Assembly: GCA_963810755.1 (NCBI GenBank)
Contig: CAWEOP010000008.1
Location: forward strand, 648,631-712,630
Direction: 5' to 3'
Length of the DNA: 64,000 nt
From: an uncultured Gammaproteobacteria bacterium
GTDB taxonomy: Bacteria > Pseudomonadota > Gammaproteobacteria > Steroidobacterales > Rariloculaceae
Shown: positions 18,506 through 30,283 of the stretch, in pieces
How the letters are laid out: each line of letters starts with the position of its first letter
How positions within the stretch are numbered: the first letter of the stretch is position 1
The notes under the pieces: model-generated
Databases searched by the model: none
What the model saw: the letters and a program-made list of their open reading frames with translations, nothing else
What the model was told of the DNA's origin: nothing
Position numbers and translations under genes: made by a program

Positions 18506-20990
18506 ATGAACTCGACGATGTGGAAGATCGCGCTTCGTACCCTGGCGCGCGACAAGAGCTACGCCCTGATCAACGTTGCCGGCCTCGCGATCGCGGTGGC
18601 GTGCTGCCTGCTGCTCGGCATCTATCTGCGCAGCGAGCTCACCTACGACCACGGCCACACGAACTACAAGCGGATCTTCCGTGTCGTGAACGAGTTCGAG
18701 ATCAACGGCAAGCTCGATCGTTTCGCGGTCACCTCGCCGATGCTGGGACCGATCCTCAAAGACGACAACACGGACGTGGCAGCCTACGTTCGCTTTCTCA
18801 CGTCCAACACGCAGCGCTTCATTCAGCACGGCGACGTCGGCTACTACTGGGACAACGTCTTTCTCGCGGACGTGAACGTTTTCGACGTGTTCACGCACAA
18901 AGTGATCTACGGCGACCCGAAAACGGCGCTCGTGCCGCCGAACGCAGTGGCCGTGAGCAGGACGCTGGCCGAGCGCTATTTCGGCGACAAGAACCCGATG
19001 GGCGAGACCCTCACCGTCGACGGCAACGAGGTGGAGATCACGCTCGTGTTCGAGGACTTGCCCGCCAACACGCATTTGAAATACGACCTGTTGTTCTCGC
19101 CGAACATACCGCTGTACGCGATACCCGATGACGTCGTGCAGCGCCGCCAGAGGCTGTTCAACGTCGGCTGGTACACGTATCTGGTGCTGCCGGAGAACTA
19201 CGATCCGTCCAAGTGGGGCGACGTGTCGAAGGAGTTCTTCGACCGGAACATGACGGAGTTGGGCGCCCGGATCAACGCGCAATGGCGCAGCTGGTTGCAG
19301 CCGCTCGCGGACATCCATTTGCACTCCGACGTGCCAGCGGATCTGCCGACCGGCAACCTCTACTACCTCTACGGATTCATCGCGGTCGCCGTGTTCACGC
19401 TGCTCGTCGCGTGCATCAACTACATGAACCTCGCCACGGCGCGGGCGGCGAAGCGCGCGAAAGAGGTCGGGATGCGCAAGGTGCTCGGCTCTAACCGCAG
19501 CGCGCTGATCATGCAGTTCCTCGCGGAGTCGCTGCTGCTCGCGGTCGTTTCAGTGGTGATCGGTGTGCTGCTCGTGAAGCTCATCGTGGCGTTCACTCCG
19601 ATCAGCGCACTGCTCGGTATGCCGATTTCATTGAGCTTCACGGAGACGCCCGAAGTGCTCGGGTGGGCCGTCGCGCTCGCGTTGATCGTGGGGTTGGGTG
19701 CCGGGCTGTATCCTGCTTTCTACCTCGCCTCGATCGCGCCCGTCTCGACGCTCGTCGGCGGTGCGCGCGGCAGCACGCGCAGCTCGAGCTTGCGCGAGGG
19801 GCTCGTGTTCGTGCAGTTCATGATCTCGATCGCAGTCATGGCCTGCACGCTGATCATGGCGTCGCAGATGCGTTACATCTCGACCATGTCGCTGGGGTTC
19901 GAGCGCGAGAACAAGCTCGTCGTGACGCTGCGCGGTGTGGACACGATCACGAGCAGCGACGCGATCAAGACCGAGCTCTTGCGCGACCCCAATGTTCTAG
20001 GCGTGTCGTGGTCGAACTCGCAGATGGGCGGCAACTTTCCGACCAATGTGCTGGGCCTCGAGAACAACGAAGGCGTGATCGAGAACACCACGATCACGCA
20101 CATGGCCGTGGGACCGGAGTTCGTCGACGTCATGGGCTTGCAGATCATCGCCGGCCGCGCGCCCGCCGACGAGATCCCTAGCGCGGCGGCCGACGCTCCG
20201 GCAGGTCCGGGAGGCCCGCGGATTACCGAGATCGTCGTCAACGAGGCGACGGTCCGCGGGCTGCACTGGGAGGAGCCCCTCGGCAAGCGGTTCGAGCTCG
20301 GCGGCGGCGGGCCGAACGCGCAGAAGGGCACGGTCGTGGGTGTCGTGAAGGACTTCAATTTCCGCTCGGTGCACGACGCGGTCGCAGCCGTTCGCGATCT
20401 ACCGGCAGGTCGACAACTTCACGCAACTGCCGCCGGCGCTGCGCCAAATGCAGCTGCGGCCGCTCGTGCTGAACATCTCCGGCAACGACGTGCGCGGCAC
20501 GATCGAGCGCGTCCGGGAAACCGTCCGCAAGTTCGATCCGATCCATCCGTTCGTGTTCGATTTTCTCGACGATTCCCTTGACCGGCTTTACGCCGCGGAC
20601 GAAAGGCTCACGAAGCTGATCGCGATCTTTTCCGGCTTCTGCATCTTCATCGCGTGCCTCGGCCTCTTCGGGCTCGCGTCGTTTTCGGCCGCGCAGCGCA
20701 CACGCGAAATCGGCGTCCGGAAGGTGTTCGGCGCGCGCACCGGGCAGATCATCGCGTTGCTCGCGCACAAGATCGTTTGGCTCGTGATCGGCGCGGCGGC
20801 GCTCGCGAGCGTGCTCGCCTATCTCGCGATGCGAGCGTGGCTCGAGAACTTCGCATTCCGGACGAGCATCAATCCGCTGATCTTCGTGCTCGCGGCGGCC
20901 GCGGGCCTCGGGATCGCTTACGTGACGGTGGTGCTACAGTCGATGAAGGCCGCTCGCGCGCACCCGGTGAAGGCGCTGCGCTACGAGTAG
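18506..20990 (+). pseudogene. FtsX-like (MacB-type, duplicated) ABC permease without ATPase domain; frame break near 20380-20390
   Basis: MWKIALRTLARDKSYALINVAGLAIAVA is a typical FtsX-family N-terminus. ORFs 18326..20581 and 20448..20990 join as ...VVKDFNFRSVHDAV/QPFAIYRQVDNFTQLPPALRQMQLRPL... after a 1-nt correction. The C-terminal REIGVRKVFGA block is the second FtsX unit. Confidence 0.8.
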
Positions 20991-21028
20991 CCGAGCTGAC
21001 CGCGGGCGCCGGCGCATCGTCGGTCGGC

Positions 21029-21319
21029 TCAGGCCGGGGCGCTGCCCGCGGCCTGATAGACCGTCCACAGCCCTATGAGGATGAATCCGGCACCGGCCGC
21101 GTACGACAGATATTTCGGATTCACGTATTGCGACACCACGGCGCCGGCGGCTACGCCGATCGCGGACGTAATCACTAGTGCCGACGCGGCCGCGAAGAAG
21201 ATCGTCCAGAGGCTTACAGCGCTCTTCGACGCGAACAGCAGCGTCGCGAGCTGTGTCTTGTCTCCAAGCTCCGCCAAGAAGACCGTCCCGAACACCGTGC
21301 CAAACACTTTCCAATCCAT
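21029..21319 (-). CDS. UPF0016 (GDT1/TMEM165-like) single-repeat cation transporter subunit
   Basis: 96 aa from MDWKV. FLAELGDKTQLATLLFA is the E-x-G-D-(K/R)-(T/S) signature of UPF0016. Confidence 0.8.
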   Translation of the reverse strand: MDWKVFGTVFGTVFLAELGDKTQLATLLFASKSAVSLWTIFFAAASALVITSAIGVAAGAVVSQYVNPKYLSYAAGAGFILIGLWTVYQAAGSAPA

Positions 21320-21650
21320 GCTATCGAGCCTCTGTCCAACAGTTCTCGCCAAATCGATGATCGCCGCCGAACGCGCGCGCCCGGCCGCAAACGATCTTAC
21401 GCAAGCGCGCCGGACATTGCCCTCGAGCCGAAGCGGAGGCGAGCGCCGAGACTCTCTCGCGTGCGGGACGGCGGTTCCGATATCGGGACGGTCGAACGTC
21501 CGAGGCGCGGGCGTTCCGCTGAGGCCTGTCCTGTAAATCAATCGGTTAGCCGGCCCGCAGCTTTGGCAAGATCGATGCATTGTGAAAGCCGAAGCGCGTT
21601 CGTGCGGTCCATGCGGAGCCCGCACTCGCGGCACGGCATAGGAGGACGAA

Positions 21651-24118
21651 ATGCTGTCGAATCTCTGGCTTGATCTCCGCCAGGCGGCGCGCCGGCTGCT
21701 GAGCACGCCGGGCTTCACCGCCGCGGCCGTGATCACGATCGCACTCGGCGTCGGCGCGAACGCGGCGATCTTCGGCGTCGCGAAGTCCGTGCTGCTCGAT
21801 TCGCTTCCGTACGGCGACGCCGACGGCCTGGTGCGCGTCTACGGGCGCCTGCTCGACGGCTCGCGGGATCGCGGACCGCTCACCGCGGGCGGCGTGAGCG
21901 ACCTCGCCGAGCGGCAGCAATCGTTCGCGAGCTTGGCTGCGTTCAACGGCTTGGTCGGCGACGCGGTGCTCGGAACCGAGGACGGTCCGCGCGTCGTGAA
22001 GGTCGCTTGGGTCGAGCCCGGGTTGTTCGACACCCTCGGCGTTCCGCCCGCGCAAGGGCGCATGTTTCGGCCCGACGAGGCTGCGAGCGGTTTCGTGCCG
22101 CTCAGCGGCGGTCAGGAGGGCGAGGATACGGCGAGCGCAGTCGTGATATCGCACGCCGCATGGCAGCGGATTTTCGGCGGGGATCCCAACGCGCTGGGTC
22201 GCAGCGTGCTCGTGTCGGGCATAGCGCGGACCGTGGTGGGCGTGCTGCCCGCGGACTTCGTCGGCATGGCGGGCGAAGCGGACATCTACTTCGCGTTCGA
22301 CATCGCGCCCGTCGTCGCGCATCCGATCTTCGCGCGGCGATCGGGCTGGCTCGGGCTCGTCGGCCGGCTCAAGCCGGGCGTCAGCTACGCGACCGCGCAA
22401 GCCGAGATCACGACTCTCTGGCAACAGATCGCCGCCGAGCATCCGGCGGACTACAGCACTCAAAGCGTGACGACCCTATCGATGCGCGACGCGGTGGTCG
22501 GCGACACGCGCACGCCGCTTCTGATACTGCTTGCGAGCGGCGCCTTGGTGCTGCTCGTCGCCTGCGCGAACTTGGCGGGCGTGCTGCTGTCGCGCGCGCT
22601 CTCGCGGCGCCGTGAGTTTGCGGTTCGCGTCGCGCTCGGCGCCGGACGCTCGCGTCTCGTGCGCCAGCTGCTGTCGGAGAGCGTGCTGCTCGGCTTGGCC
22701 GGAGGCGCTGCCGGACTTCTGCTCGCGACTGTCGCGCTGCTCGCGCTGCGCGGGCTCCTTGCGCAGTCGCTGCCGAGCACCGCGGCGCTGTCGCTCGACG
22801 GCGGAGCCATACTGGTCACCGCGCTCGTCGCGGTGCTGGCCGGTCTCGCTTTCGGCTCGATACCCGCGTTCGCCACCGCGAGCGCGGACCCGCAGTCGGT
22901 GCTGCGCGAGGAAGCGCGCGGTACGAGCGAGACGCGTCGCTCGCGCACGCTGCGCGGCACGCTCGTGGCCTGCCAGCTCGCGCTCTCGATCAGTCTGCTC
23001 GTGGGCGCGGGCCTGCTCGGCCGCAGCTTGTTCGTCATGAGCAGCGCACCGCTCGGCTTTGCGCCCGAAGGCGTGCTGACCGCGACGGTGCGCTTGCCGA
23101 CTCGCGAGTACGCGACGCCCGAGGCGCGCGAGGCGTTCTACGAGCAGTTCTCGGAGCGGCTACGCGGTCTCCCGGGCGTGCAGGCGGTTGCGACAGCTTC
23201 GTCGTTGCCGACGGCCGTCGGGCAGCGCGCGGGGCTCGCTGTCGAAGGCGCGCCCGCGGACGAAGCCGAGCCATTCGTTCTCGGGAGCCTCGTCTCGGAC
23301 GACTATTTTCGCCTGCTGCAGATCCCGCTGAAGCAGGGCAGGACCTTCGATGCGCGCGATCGGCGCGGCCCCGAAACCCCGCCGAAAGCGATCATCAGCG
23401 AGAGTGCTGCACGGCGCTTCTGGCCCAACGGCAATGCGCTCGGCGCCCGCTTTCGATTCGGGCCGAACCGCGAAGCGCCACTCGCCGAAGTGGTCGGCAT
23501 CGTCGGCGACGTCCGCAACGACACCGCGCGCCCCGACGCAGAGCCGATGATGTACTTGTCGACGCGCGGGCCCGCCCTCGCGATCGCGAGGTTCCTGATC
23601 CGATCGGACGGCGATCCGCTCGCGCTGGCGAGATCCGCCGAGCGCGAGCTCGGCGCGTTGAACGGCGGTGTGGTGTTCGACCGCGCGATGCTGCTGCGCG
23701 ACGTCGTCGGCCAGTCGCTCGTCGGCCGGCAGCTTCCGACGTTGCTGATCACCGCATTCGGCGCGTTGGCGCTGCTCCTGTCCTCGGTCGGCGTCTACGC
23801 CATGTTCGCGAGCATGGTGGCGGCGCGCGAAGGAGAGATCGCCGTGCGCGTCGCTCTCGGCTCGGGGCCCGCGGCGATCGCGCGGCTGGTGCTGCGGCAA
23901 GGAGCCGGCTGGATGGCGGCGGGGCTCGCGAGCGGCATGCTCGGCGTCGTCTACGTCGCGCGGCTGCTGCGCGATTTGCTCTACGGCGTGTCGCCGTTCG
24001 ATCCGCTCGTGCTCGGCGCGGCGATCGCGACGCTCACGGCTGTGCGACGGTGGCGTTGCTGCTGCCGCTGCGGCGCGCGATGCGTGTCGAGCCGGCGGAC
24101 GTGCTGCGGGCGCAGTAG
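21651..24118 (+). pseudogene. ADOP-type duplicated orphan FtsX permease; frame break near 24043
   Basis: AGGAGGA lies upstream of ATG 21651. The N-terminus LWLDLRQAARRLLSTPGFTAAAVITIALGVGANAAIF is ADOP-like. After ...AIATLTAV a 1-nt deletion hides the expected tail ATVALLLPLRRAMRVEPADVLRAQ*, which ends at TAG 24116-24118. Confidence 0.8.
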
Positions 24119-24126
24119 ACAACCGC

Positions 24127-26632
24127 ATGAAGCTCAACGATCTCGTCGATTCCGTCGGTCGCGATCTGCGCCATTCGCTGCGCCGCCTCTGGCGGCGGCC
24201 CGCCTTCACGTTCGCCGCCGTGCTCACGCTCGCGCTCGGCATCGGCGCGACGGCCGCGATCTTCAGCGTCGTCTACTCGGTGCTGATCAAGCCGCTGCCG
24301 TACCCGAACGCCGACGAGCTCGTGAGGATCAGACATAGCGCTCGAGGCCAGCTGGGCGGGGCCGATTTCGATGCGACGATGTATCTCACGTATCGCGACG
24401 AGAACCGGACGTTTGCCAGCATCGGCCTGTGGCAGGACGCGTCGGCGACGCTGACCGACGGCGGGGAGCCGGAGCGGGTGCGCTCTCTGCGAGTCACGGA
24501 CGGCACGCTCCAAGCGCTCGGTGTGCAGCCGATGCGCGGACGGTGGTTCACGGAGCAGGAGCTCGAGGCCGGGACGCAAGGGCCCGCGCCGGTCATTCTC
24601 TCGCACGCGTTTTGGCAACGGCGATTCGGCGGCGACGAGACGGCTGTCGGGAGTCAGCTCTCGATCGATTCGCAACCGGCGCAAGTCGTCGGCATCATGC
24701 CGCCCGACTTCAGATTCCTCGACCACACGCCGCAGCCCGACCTGATTGTCGCGCTGCGGTTCGACCGTGCGGCGCTGCAGATCAACGGCGGCTTCAACTA
24801 TCAGGGGCTCGCGCGCCTCAAGCCCGGCGTCACGCCGGCCGAAGCGCGTGCCGACGCGGAGCGCGTGCTCGCGCTCTGGCCCGACGCCTGGCCGATCCGA
24901 ACCGATCTCGGGCTCACGCGCGAAGCCCTCGCGAGCACCCGCTTGACCCCCGTCATTCGGTCTTTGAAGGACGACGTGGTCGGCGGCGTTGCGGGCATGT
25001 TGTGGGTGCTCATGGGCGCGATCGGCGCCGTGCTTCTCGTCGCCTGCGCCAACATCGCGAATCTCATGCTCGTGCGAGCGGATGCGCGGCGGCAAGAGTT
25101 CGTCGTGCGCGCCGCGCTCGGGGCAGGGAGCGCGCGAATCGCGCGAGAGTTGCTCGTCGAGAGCTTCAGCTATCGGCGCAGCCGGCAGCGTGCTCGGTTT
25201 GGTGCTCGCTTACTTGGGGCTGCAGGTTCTCGTCGCCATCGGCCCGAGCAACCTGCCGCGCCTTCAGGAGATCGCGCTCTATCCGCCCGTGCTCGCTTTC
25301 ACGGTAGTCGTCTCGCTCGCGGCGACGCTGGTGTTCGGCTCGATCACGGCGCTCAAGCACGCGCTGCACATCGGCACCCCCATGACCCTCGGCGCTCGCG
25401 GCGCAACCGCGAGCCGCGAGCGGAACGCGACGCGGAGCGCTTTGGTCGTCGTGCAGGTCGCGCTCGCGCTCGTGTTGGTCGTGAGCGCGGCCCTCATGAT
25501 CCGAACGTTCCAGGCGCTGCGCGACGTCGACCCGGGTTTTTCGGATCCTGCGACGATTCAAACGGCGCATTTTTGGATTCCGAACGCCCTGCTTCCCGAC
25601 CCGCAAGCGTACACGCGCGTGCAGCACGAGATCCTCGACAAGATCGCGGCGCTTCCGGGTGTCGCGTCAGCCGCCTTTGCGAGCACCCTGCCGATGGAGT
25701 CGCCGCCGATCAGGCCGCCGATCGTGATCGAAGGACAGACGCTGCCGGCGGGACAGATGCCGGCGTTCCGCGGACACAAGTACGTCTCGCCGGGGTATTT
25801 CGAAGCGATGGGCACGCGGATCATTGCGGGACGCGACATTACCTGGAGCGACATCGAAACGGGCGGCCGCGTGGCCTTGATCTCCGAGGAGTTCGCTCGA
25901 GAGATCGCAGGAGAGCCCGCCGCCGCGCTCGGCAAACGCATCAAGACCTTCTTTCAGACGGATGCCTGGCGCGAGGTGATCGGCGTGGTGGAGAGCGTGC
26001 ACGAGGCCGGGCTGTACGAGGAAGCGTCGAGCTTCGTGTACTGGCCCGCGCTCGTGGCGGACATGTTCGGTTCCCCCGTGGTCGGAACTCCGTTTGCCGC
26101 GCTCGTGATCCGCAGCGACCGCGCGGGCGCTGCGAGCCTCATGGACGAGGTTCGGCAAGCGACGTGGTCGGTGAACGGGAGCGTTCCAATCACCCAGGAG
26201 CGCACCATGCAGGACGTGTACGCCGGCTCGCTCGCGCGCACGTCGTTCACGCTCGTGATGCTCGCGATCGCCGGCGGCATGGCGCTGCTGCTCGGCGTCA
26301 TCGGGATCTACGGCGTCGTCGCATACGTCGTCGCGCAGAGAACTCGGGAGATCGGTATTCGCTCGGCGCTCGGTGCCGAGCCGCGGCAACTCGAGAAGAT
26401 GTTTCTGCTGCACGGGCTCATGCTGAGCGGAGTGGGCGCTGTCGTGGGCCTCATCGCGGCGTTGGCATTGGGGCGCCTGATGTCGTCGCTGTTATTCGGC
26501 ATCGGCCCGATGGATCTCACCGCGTACGTGGTGGCGCTAGGCGTCACGATCGCGGCCGCGGCGCTCGCGAGCTACCTGCCCGCGAGGCGCGCGGCGACGA
26601 TCGATCCCATCGAGACGCTCAGGGCGGAGTAG
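24127..26632 (+). pseudogene. ADOP-type duplicated orphan FtsX permease; frame break near 25163-25172
   Basis: It starts 8 nt after the previous stop. DLRHSLRRLWRRPAFTFAAVLTLALGIGATAAIF is ADOP-like. ORFs 24127.. and 24989..26632 join at ...ARELLVES/..SAIGAAGSVLGLVLAY.... The C-terminus LPARRAATIDPIETLRAE is canonical. Confidence 0.8.
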
Positions 26633-26647
26633 TCCGCGCGCTGCACG

Positions 26648-27526
26648 TCAGTCGTTCGCCCGCAAACCGGTCTCGGCGATCAGAGAAGCGATCTCGGTTA
26701 CATAAGCCTCGCGGCGCTCCGAGTAGGCGTCGAGCGTAGCGGAGAGCGTAATAGCGTCGAGCTCCTCACCGCGCCCGCGCTGCTCCCCACGCAGCTGACG
26801 GAATTCCGCGTAGCGCGGATTCGTGTTGAGGTTGCGCACGTAACTGCGCACGGAATCGGCAACGCTCGCGAATCGTTCGACGCTGAACTTCGGATTCTCG
26901 AGCGCGGCCGGCGCGATGCCACAGCCGGGCTCGTAGCAGCGCTCGCCGAAGAAGCCGTTGCCTTCGATCGCAAACCGCGACGTTCCCCATCCGGATTCCT
27001 TCGCGGCTTGCGCGAGCACGAGTGATGTCGGAATCGCGTCGACGCGGCTCGTTAGATTTTGCAGCAAGCTCTCCACCGAGGTCTCGGCGTCCGCCTCGAC
27101 GGAGTAGTCGCGCGCGAGTCGAATGAGACTCTCACGGTTGCTGCGAGAGGGCGTCTTGCCCGCCGCCACGCGCGCGGCGATGGTGCGCACCGAATCGCGT
27201 TCGCGTTCGACGTCGGCGACGACGCCGGCCGCGATCGGGCGCATGAATTCGAAGAACTGCGCTTTGCGCGCCTGCGAATCGAGGGAGCGAAAGTCGGGAA
27301 CGATCGCGGACTGCACGTACGCCTGAGCGCTTGGAGCAGCGGCGAACCACTCGAGCGCGGCGCGTTGGCTTACCAACCACAGGAGCGCGAGAGCCATGCA
27401 GCCGAGCGCGATCCAACTCGCGGTCCGTGAGGTGTGAGTGAGGGTCGCGGTAGGCGCTTCCATCATCTTGTCGTTCTCATTCTTCATGTGTGCCATCGCG
27501 ATGTTCGCTCTCAGGGGGGCGCCCAA
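26648..27526 (-). CDS. Bax/FlgJ-like glucosaminidase domain protein with N-terminal membrane anchor
   Basis: IPTSLVLAQAAKESGWGTSRFAIEGNGFFG is a mannosyl-glycoprotein endo-beta-N-acetylglucosaminidase-type motif. WIALGCMALALLWLV is a TM segment. The start could be 27496 instead. Confidence 0.75.
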   Translation of the reverse strand: MGAPLRANIAMAHMKNENDKMMEAPTATLTHTSRTASWIALGCMALALLWLVSQRAALEWFAAAPSAQAYVQSAIVPDFRSLDSQARKAQFFEFMRPIAAGVVADVERERDSVRTIAARVAAGKTPSRSNRESLIRLARDYSVEADAETSVESLLQNLTSRVDAIPTSLVLAQAAKESGWGTSRFAIEGNGFFGERCYEPGCGIAPAALENPKFSVERFASVADSVRSYVRNLNTNPRYAEFRQLRGEQRGRGEELDAITLSATLDAYSERREAYVTEIASLIAETGLRAND

Positions 27527-27734
27527 AAAGTCGGGCTGAGACAGTGGTGCAAGATCCGGGCCCTAGCGGGCACCGAGCAAGGGCGCGGGTCTCAGGCCGA
27601 CGGGCGCCGAGCGTTACTCAAGAAGGTGGCCGCCTCCCAGAACTTGGAACAAGCCGTCGTTTCCGACGACGACGCTGCGGCCCGGCGAGACGTTCAGCTC
27701 GCGAACGGTGTACGCGTTCAGCGCGTAGTAGCGG

Positions 27735-29168
27735 CTACTTGCTCGCGGCGACGGCGGTCGTCGCGCGCCAAGTGAACTCGACGAACCGATAGAGCGAGGA
27801 TTCCAGCAACCGCTCGACGTCGCTGTGCGGCCCGTAGTCGATGGTGTCGCTCTCCGTGCTCGCGGGTCCGATGCCGTAGGCCTGGATGCCCTTGGCACGC
27901 AGCTGTGCCATGTCGGTCGCGGCGGTCGCCATCTTGGGCAGCACCGCGGCGCCGGGGTACATCCCGGCGGAGACGGTTTCGAGCGCGCGATACATCTCCG
28001 AGTCGAGCTTGGACGGCGGCGCCACCGGGCGGAGATTCGCGGTGATCGGCTCGATCTGCACGGCCTCGTCGCCGACGACGCGCGCCGCGTCGGCGAAGAA
28101 GCGCGCGATGTCCTCGTCGGGCAGCGCGCGAACGTCGAAAGTCGCCTCCGCGACCGACGGGATCACGTTCGCGCCGACGCCCGCCTTGAGGATGGTCGGC
28201 ACGATAGACGTGCGCAGCATCGAGTAGTGCTCGGGCTCGTGCTCGGCGAAGTAGCGCTGGAGCGACGCGGGCGGTTGGGTGCCCAAGAGCTCTCGGTAGC
28301 GAGCAGCGGACTCGGGTGGCGCGATCTGCGCGAGCTTGCCGAAGTAGGCGCGCGTCGTTTCGTTCAAGCGCATCGGCGTTTCCCACGTGCCGAGCTTCGC
28401 CACTGCGGCCGAGAGATGCGTGAGCGGATTGTCCACCCGCGGAATGGAGCCATGCCCCGACGTGCCGGTGGCGACCAGGCGGAACCGCCGCGGCACTTTC
28501 TCGGTCGTCTCGATCGTCACCCGCGTGAGCTTGCCGTCCACGAGCGTCATCTCGCCGCCTTCGGCGAGCGCGAACTCGGCGTCGATCTCGTCGTAGTGCT
28601 GGCTCACCATGAACGGAATGCCGACGCCCGTGGGATCGGCCTCCTCGGCGGACTCGGCGAGGAAGATCACGTCGCGGTCGAGCGCCATGCCGCTGCGCTT
28701 GATCAGCAGCAGGGTGATGAGATTGGCGGTGAGGTTGTCCTTGTCGTCGCGCGCGCCGCGTCCCCAGACGTAGCCCTCTTTCAACACGGCTCCGAACGGA
28801 TCGACCGGCCATTTCTCGCGCTGCACGCCGACGACGTCGGTGTGCGACATGAGCAGGATCGGACGTTTCGAGCCGTTGCCTTTGATGCGGGCGACGAGGT
28901 TCGCGCGTTGCGCGTCGAGCGCGAACGTCTTGACCGGTATTCCTTCCTTCTCGAACACCTGCTTCAAGTAGTCGACGGCGCGGGTTTCGTTGCCGGGCGG
29001 GCTGCTCGTGTCGAGCTGGATGAGTGCGCGGTAGTGACGCAGGATTTCCGCTTCGTGCTGCTTCCAGTCGACCGGCGCGGGCGCCGCGAGCGAGGAGGAG
29101 GCGAAGGCGCCGATCACGACGGTCAGCGCAGTGACACGAGTCGGCACGAGAGGGAGAGGTCGGGTCAT
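27735..29168 (-). CDS. M20/M25/M40 family metallopeptidase, exported
   Basis: Signal-like MTRPLPLVPTRVTALTVVIGAFASSSLAAPA. LLMSHTDVVGV...WGRGARDDKDNL matches the M20 metal-binding blocks. Confidence 0.85.
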   Translation of the reverse strand: MTRPLPLVPTRVTALTVVIGAFASSSLAAPAPVDWKQHEAEILRHYRALIQLDTSSPPGNETRAVDYLKQVFEKEGIPVKTFALDAQRANLVARIKGNGSKRPILLMSHTDVVGVQREKWPVDPFGAVLKEGYVWGRGARDDKDNLTANLITLLLIKRSGMALDRDVIFLAESAEEADPTGVGIPFMVSQHYDEIDAEFALAEGGEMTLVDGKLTRVTIETTEKVPRRFRLVATGTSGHGSIPRVDNPLTHLSAAVAKLGTWETPMRLNETTRAYFGKLAQIAPPESAARYRELLGTQPPASLQRYFAEHEPEHYSMLRTSIVPTILKAGVGANVIPSVAEATFDVRALPDEDIARFFADAARVVGDEAVQIEPITANLRPVAPPSKLDSEMYRALETVSAGMYPGAAVLPKMATAATDMAQLRAKGIQAYGIGPASTESDTIDYGPHSDVERLLESSLYRFVEFTWRATTAVAASK

Positions 29169-29243
29169 GCAGCGCTCCGGTCGGCGGTCCGCGGTGGCCG
29201 ACATGATACCGGACGGGTAGCGAAACGGTTTAGAGTCTGGCGC

Positions 29244-29747
29244 GTGGGCGCATTCGCCGAATGGCTCTCCGGAACCAGCCCCAGCGTCGCGATTCAAACG
29301 ACCGCCTGGTTCATTCGCCTATTGCAAGCGACGCACTTGTTGACCGCCGGCGTGGTCGCCGTCTCCGGTCTGATGATTGCGCTTCGCGTGCTCGGTTGGC
29401 AGCGAGCGGACGTGCCCTTCGAAGCCGTCTGGGCGCGCTTCGCGCCGTGGCTCGGTTTGGGCCTGGCCGTCATGCTCTCGACCGGAATCGCCCAGACGCT
29501 CGGCGACCCCGTCCGCGAATTCACGGCCACTTCCTATTGGGTGAAGCTGGCGCTGGTTCTGAGCTGCGCAGCGGGAACGCTGTTGCTCGCCCGGTCCGCG
29601 CGGCGCGCGCCGTCCGCGGCTCGTTTCTCTTTCGTCGCGAAGCTCACGGCGGCGGGGCTCATCTGTTTCTGGCTCGCGATCGTGCTGCTCGGCCGCATGA
29701 TCGCTTACGACTCTGCGATCTGGGGCAGCTTGTCTCTGCGCACATGA
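29244..29747 (+). CDS. Membrane protein, unknown function (first of a coupled pair)
   Basis: GTG 29244 lies in frame with the tail of ORF 27825..29747. It has four hydrophobic segments (HLLTAGVVAVSGLMIAL, WLGLGLAVMLSTGIA, WVKLALVLSCAAGTLLLA, LTAAGLICFWLAIVLLG). The upstream part of that long ORF is antisense to the M20 gene. Confidence 0.6.
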   Translation: MGAFAEWLSGTSPSVAIQTTAWFIRLLQATHLLTAGVVAVSGLMIALRVLGWQRADVPFEAVWARFAPWLGLGLAVMLSTGIAQTLGDPVREFTATSYWVKLALVLSCAAGTLLLARSARRAPSAARFSFVAKLTAAGLICFWLAIVLLGRMIAYDSAIWGSLSLRT

Positions 29748-30283
29748 GCACGCAGGCCATCCTCGACGGCATCGAACGCTCCGCGCTGGCGGAGTGGATG
29801 CGGTACACGAATGGCGCCATGCCCGTCGTCGAGTCGACGCATGTGCTCGCGGCCGTCCTGCTGTTCGGCACGGTGCTGATCGTGGACATGCGCTTGCTGG
29901 GCCTCCTCGATTCGTCTCGAGCAGTCACGCGCGTGAGCCGCGAGACGCTGCCCCTGACCTGGCTAGCGTTCGGCGTCTCCGTGATCACGGGCTCGCTGAT
30001 GTTCACCACCAGCGCTCACACCTATTTCGCGAACACGGCGTTCCAGTGGAAGGCGCTCGCGCTCTTCGGCGCCGGTCTCAACATGGCGCTGTTTCAGCTG
30101 CTCACGGCCCGCAGCGTGCTCGCGTGGAATGTGAGCTCCGCAGTGCCGCGTGGGGCGCGCGTTGCAGGCCTCGCGTCATTGCTGCTTTGGGCCGCCGTGG
30201 TACTGCTCGGCCGCTGGATCGGGTTCACGAAGGGACACGATTTCACGATTCCCGCCGGCGTCGAGCTCGTGTTCCCCGGTTGA
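29744..30283 (+). CDS. Membrane protein, unknown function (second of a coupled pair)
   Basis: ATG 29744 overlaps the previous TGA (ATGA). It has four hydrophobic segments (HVLAAVLLFGTVLIV, LTWLAFGVSVITGSLMF, WKALALFGAGLNMALF, LASLLLWAAVVLLG). Confidence 0.65.
   Translation: MSTQAILDGIERSALAEWMRYTNGAMPVVESTHVLAAVLLFGTVLIVDMRLLGLLDSSRAVTRVSRETLPLTWLAFGVSVITGSLMFTTSAHTYFANTAFQWKALALFGAGLNMALFQLLTARSVLAWNVSSAVPRGARVAGLASLLLWAAVVLLGRWIGFTKGHDFTIPAGVELVFPG

Noticed and set aside
21320-21650. Possible yybP-ykoY (Mn2+) riboswitch in the 330-nt leader of the UPF0016 transporter gene.
   Set aside because: I read the minus-strand leader and found neither the GGGGAGUAG 5' block nor the GAGAGACC 3' block; only a loose GAGAGAGUCUC is present. 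A covariance-model scan (Rfam RF00080) would be decisive.
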